64,000 nt of DNA, taken from positions 122,264,001 to 122,328,000 of the forward strand of contig CM097886.1 of NCBI GenBank assembly GCA_044892525.1. The letters run 5' to 3'. The notes beneath the pieces are model-generated. The model worked only from the letters and a program-made list of their open reading frames with translations, ran no database searches and was not told the origin of the DNA. The DNA is from Schmidtea polychroa (Eukaryota). Shown in pieces: positions 60,689-64,000 of this stretch; position 1 is the first letter of the stretch, and each line of letters opens with the position of its first letter. A program made the position numbers and the translations under genes.

Positions 60689-61735
60689 ATGACACAAGAG
60701 CAACCAACCACCAATAATGAGGGCCCAGTGACAATCAGAACTAGAGAGAAACATAAAAGGAAGTGGACTACGGTAATGTCCCAATTAGCCAACTTAACCA
60801 GAAATCACATTGAGGAGGCTAGGGAATATGAAAATAATAGATATCAGTGGACCGTAAATAACTTGAGAGCCGAAGCCGAAGCATGCAAGAGAGCCTCTAA
60901 GTGGGCGTCATTGGAAAATACCCGCCAGGAAGCACACAGTCACTACCTAAAACAATTAGTGCAGGAGGCACGAAAACGGTTGACTGATGAAAATACCAAA
61001 CGAGAAGCCGAAAAACAAAAGGAAGGGAGAAAAATGAATCACCTATTGGCGGAAGCCCGAAAATGGAAACGACAGAACAAAGAAATGAAGAAGGAAATGA
61101 AAGAATTGCCCATGAGATTAGAGTACGAGAGCGAGCAGGGTAAATGGGAGGAAAATCTAGTCATAAAGGAAGAGCTAAAACGGCTAAGAAAGATCGCGGC
61201 TCGGAGTCAAACCTGGCAGACCAAAGCCATGGAGTTTGAAAGACATTTAGCCATGAAACTCTCCATAAGAGAGCACGAGAATGCTGCGATGGAAGAATTG
61301 ATACTCCAGCAGTCAGGGCGAGTCGGGGAATTAATAAATCAAGTCACCGAGCTAAAACGAGATGTCAATGGATATCAGGGAGCTCTAGAACAAAGAAACA
61401 TGGTATTGGTGGGAAAAAATAAAAAACTAGAAAACGAAAGAAAAATGTATAACGAAAATCTCAAAAATCTGGAGATAGAAATCGAGAAATGGAAGGGCGA
61501 CGAAAAGATAAAAGAGTTTGAGAGGCAGTTAAAGGTAAAAGACGAGGAGACGAGATACCTCACCTATTTGCTCGACGAAGAACTGAACACTACCAGGGCA
61601 CTCAGAGATGAAGTTCAGGAACTGAGAGCTCAAATTCCCCAATATTACACCCCTTATGACCCTATTGCCATCCAACTACAGACAGCGGTCGAGAGCGACG
61701 AAGGATACGGGGGTCAGGAGGAAACCTTCGTATAA
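60689..61735 (+). CDS. Orphan coiled-coil protein, 348 aa
   Basis: Intact ORF, E/K/R/L heptad-rich, acceptor before the ATG. Confidence 0.75.
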   Translation: MTQEQPTTNNEGPVTIRTREKHKRKWTTVMSQLANLTRNHIEEAREYENNRYQWTVNNLRAEAEACKRASKWASLENTRQEAHSHYLKQLVQEARKRLTDENTKREAEKQKEGRKMNHLLAEARKWKRQNKEMKKEMKELPMRLEYESEQGKWEENLVIKEELKRLRKIAARSQTWQTKAMEFERHLAMKLSIREHENAAMEELILQQSGRVGELINQVTELKRDVNGYQGALEQRNMVLVGKNKKLENERKMYNENLKNLEIEIEKWKGDEKIKEFERQLKVKDEETRYLTYLLDEELNTTRALRDEVQELRAQIPQYYTPYDPIAIQLQTAVESDEGYGGQEETFV

Positions 61736-61910
61736 GGGCTAATAAAAAATTCAAAAATTGGGACGTATATCCCAAACAAAAAAAAAAAAAAAAAAATTAA
61801 TAGTACAGTAAAAGTATTTGAGGGACTGTAACCCTGTGTAAATAAAAACGATATAAATGTATAAGTATAAGTCGCACTGTAGCGCATGATTAATTGTAAA
61901 TATTATAGAT

Positions 61911-62615
61911 ATGAAGATTGAAGAGATAGTTGAACCCATGAGTGAAATAGAAGAAGGAGAGATTGTAATAGAAGTCGCAGAAACACAAATACTAAAGAGC
62001 GAATTACGAGAAGAGAAACGAGAAAACGAGAGATTAGTGAACAAATATATGGAAGACCGGAAAATGATTAAAGTATTAAAGAAAGAATGCAAAGTGCTAG
62101 GAAAAGTAAAGAGAGAAGCAGAAGAGAGAAATGAATGGCTGCAGGAACAACGAACACGAGGAAGAAATTGGGAAAGGATTGCAGCGGAATTATGGCAAGA
62201 GAGGGCAAGCTTCAAAGCAGAAGAAGTAATCCAAGACTACTGGAAAACAGAGGCGAAAGAACGCCAAACAACTATAAATAAATTAAATCAACAATTGGAA
62301 GAAAAACAAAGAGAAAGTGAAAAAATGAAAAAATGGATCCGCAAATACAAAGAAATCGAGAGACAACAACAACAACGAAACCCTCCACAAGAGAACGAAC
62401 AAGATTTCCTACAAATCGAGTTAAAAAGAAATCTCGACAAGAAACGAGAAGAAATAAGCAAACTAAAAATGGAGATAAGACACCTAAAAAGGGAAGCCCG
62501 TGAAAAGGATCGGCAATTAGAGATGATGTCGGAATTAAGACACCGGGTCATTGAAGCGGAATCTACCCTGATGAGAAATGCCGAAAATAATCCCAAAGGA
62601 GAACCATCTAACTAA
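61911..62615 (+). CDS. Orphan coiled-coil protein, 234 aa
   Basis: Intact ORF, E/K/R-rich, acceptor before the ATG. Confidence 0.72.
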   Translation: MKIEEIVEPMSEIEEGEIVIEVAETQILKSELREEKRENERLVNKYMEDRKMIKVLKKECKVLGKVKREAEERNEWLQEQRTRGRNWERIAAELWQERASFKAEEVIQDYWKTEAKERQTTINKLNQQLEEKQRESEKMKKWIRKYKEIERQQQQRNPPQENEQDFLQIELKRNLDKKREEISKLKMEIRHLKREAREKDRQLEMMSELRHRVIEAESTLMRNAENNPKGEPSN

Positions 62616-62654
62616 AAGCAATTAAAGCCAGTGTAAATAATATAATAATAATAG

Positions 62655-63266
62655 ATGTATATTAGTACAATGCGGTATGGAATCGTGATAACGGTAATGG
62701 TATTGATAAATCACCTGATGGAGAAACAACAATTAAACGCTCAACTGACAAGCATACGAGATCACCGCAATCGAAATCAAAAAGCCAAACCAGAACCTTG
62801 CCAATGCCAATACCCCAGTACAATAAAAACCAACATCCTCCACAGTATCCAGTCAACTCGGTCATATGTTAATAACGTCAGAAGTCTGTGCAAAAATCAC
62901 CCCATATGCCGAATGATGGACCGAAAAATACTCGAACAAGTCCAACACTTCGATCAGTTGGAACAACAAATACAACAAGAAGTGTTCGAAAATCCGGCCG
63001 AGACAACAGAAACACCCTCAAATAACAGCGACACCCACTACCTTCTCTACGTAGTGATCGCAGAAACTATCTTGTTATGCCTCATAACCTTCCTAAAAAT
63101 CCTCGAAGTTAAGAAAAAATGTCAGAGCTCGAAATCCAGAGCCACCGTACAAAACCCAGCCGAAATAACCAATGTTATCCAAACCACAAGCTCACCCAGA
63201 TTAAACCATAAAGAATCTCCTCAACCATCGTTCAATCGCCCAATCTACCATAACACCAGTTCGTAA
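62655..63266 (+). CDS. Orphan membrane protein, 203 aa
   Basis: N-terminal hydrophobic stretch, several Cys, second hydrophobic segment YLLYVVIAETILLCLITFLKIL. Confidence 0.68.
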   Translation: MYISTMRYGIVITVMVLINHLMEKQQLNAQLTSIRDHRNRNQKAKPEPCQCQYPSTIKTNILHSIQSTRSYVNNVRSLCKNHPICRMMDRKILEQVQHFDQLEQQIQQEVFENPAETTETPSNNSDTHYLLYVVIAETILLCLITFLKILEVKKKCQSSKSRATVQNPAEITNVIQTTSSPRLNHKESPQPSFNRPIYHNTSS

Positions 63267-63556
63267 TTGTAGCAGCAAACCCCAACCAGAACCATCAGAG
63301 TGACCAAACAATGCCAGAACTGAACTAAAAACACTATGTTGTGAAAAACTTTGTTGTGTATATAAACCATCACCATAAGTGATGCCTGCTTGGTCTTGAT
63401 TTGACCTATATCTTATTAATAAAATTTTATTGATGTTTATAATTTTGTTAATCACTATGTTATCTTTTTATGAATGTGCTTATTTTTTTCTGAGAGAATA
63501 AGAGTAACTCAAGTATGTAATTGCGGGACGCAATTTTGTCGGGTCCCCAAGTGATT

Positions 63557-64000
63557 TGTTGGGCTGAGTCGAAGGGTATCGGAGAGATTAGGTTAAGCAT
63601 AACGAAACTAAAATTAAAAATAAAATTAAAATAAACAAATCTACGAAACAAAGTAGAAAGGAAACAAGAAAAATAATAATTAGAAAATAAGAATTAAAAC
63701 AAAAAAATATAAAAACACGAAAAATTGAAATAGGACAATAAAATGACGGAAAATGACGTAAAATGCAGTAAATAATAAGGAAATTAAAGAAAATAAATAA
63801 AAAATACAATAAAAATAAGGAAAATAGGAGGAAATAGCTCAAAAACAAGGAAAACAAATTAAAGTAATAAAAATAAGCGGTACTCCATTCTGATTGGTCC
63901 GCATAAATAGAAAACTAATATATAAGCAGACACTAAAATCATAACAATTACCGTTCATCTAACCACTACATTAGGTAAGTGTATTTTAATTAACAATGAC
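63557..64000 (+). mobile_element. 3' LTR (first 444 bp)
   Basis: Starts TGTTGGGCTGAG; matches 40895-41338 with 2 substitutions seen. Confidence 0.93.

Larger units (their letters stand above)
45865..64000 (+). mobile_element. Giant Ty3/gypsy LTR retroelement with env-like and captured host genes (5' LTR truncated; 3' LTR runs off the window)
   Basis: 5' LTR remnant 45865-46101, PBS, gag-pol, accessory ORFs, 3' LTR from 63557. Internal region is 17455 bp. Confidence 0.93.

Noticed and set aside
49773-62865. Numerous minus-strand and off-frame ORFs rich in F/S/L/I
   Set aside because: Shadows of the A-rich plus-strand coding sequence; no motifs.
40895-64000. Single element with its 5' LTR starting at 40895
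   Set aside because: That LTR has its own TSD and no PBS; the PBS follows a separate LTR end at 46101.
1-64000. rRNA, tRNA or known miRNA genes
   Set aside because: None recognised; the only tRNA-related sequence is the PBS.

Overview
AT-rich eukaryotic (animal) DNA, almost all nested transposable elements. The 45-48 nt host introns and giant LTR elements suggest a planarian-like flatworm, which is inference only. One host gene is clear: RNF170 (minus strand, 4 exons, 14131..395), whose third intron has grown to about 12.9 kb through TE insertion. DNA transposons include an intact hAT with TIRs and 8-bp TSD, two deleted hATs, and pogo, MULE, Merlin and piggyBac relics. The main feature is a giant Ty3/gypsy LTR retroelement (45865..>64000; 3.8-kb LTR, tRNA-Pro PBS, 17.5-kb internal region). 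It appears to encode one membrane-threaded polyprotein, now broken by two frameshifts and one stop: Gag, Ubl, CARD-like, Ubl, Bcl-2-like, signal peptide, chuvirus-like glycoprotein, PR, RT, RNase H, truncated IN, ankyrin, signal peptide, FN3-like, TM. It also carries intronless accessory genes (IAP-type RING, TRAF, coiled-coil and membrane orphans), each with a TAG splice acceptor just before its ATG. Two 3.8-4.1-kb solo LTRs of this group (4-bp TSDs GAAA and GAAT) each carry their own orphan gene. All domain calls come from reading motifs by eye and need HMM or structure confirmation.
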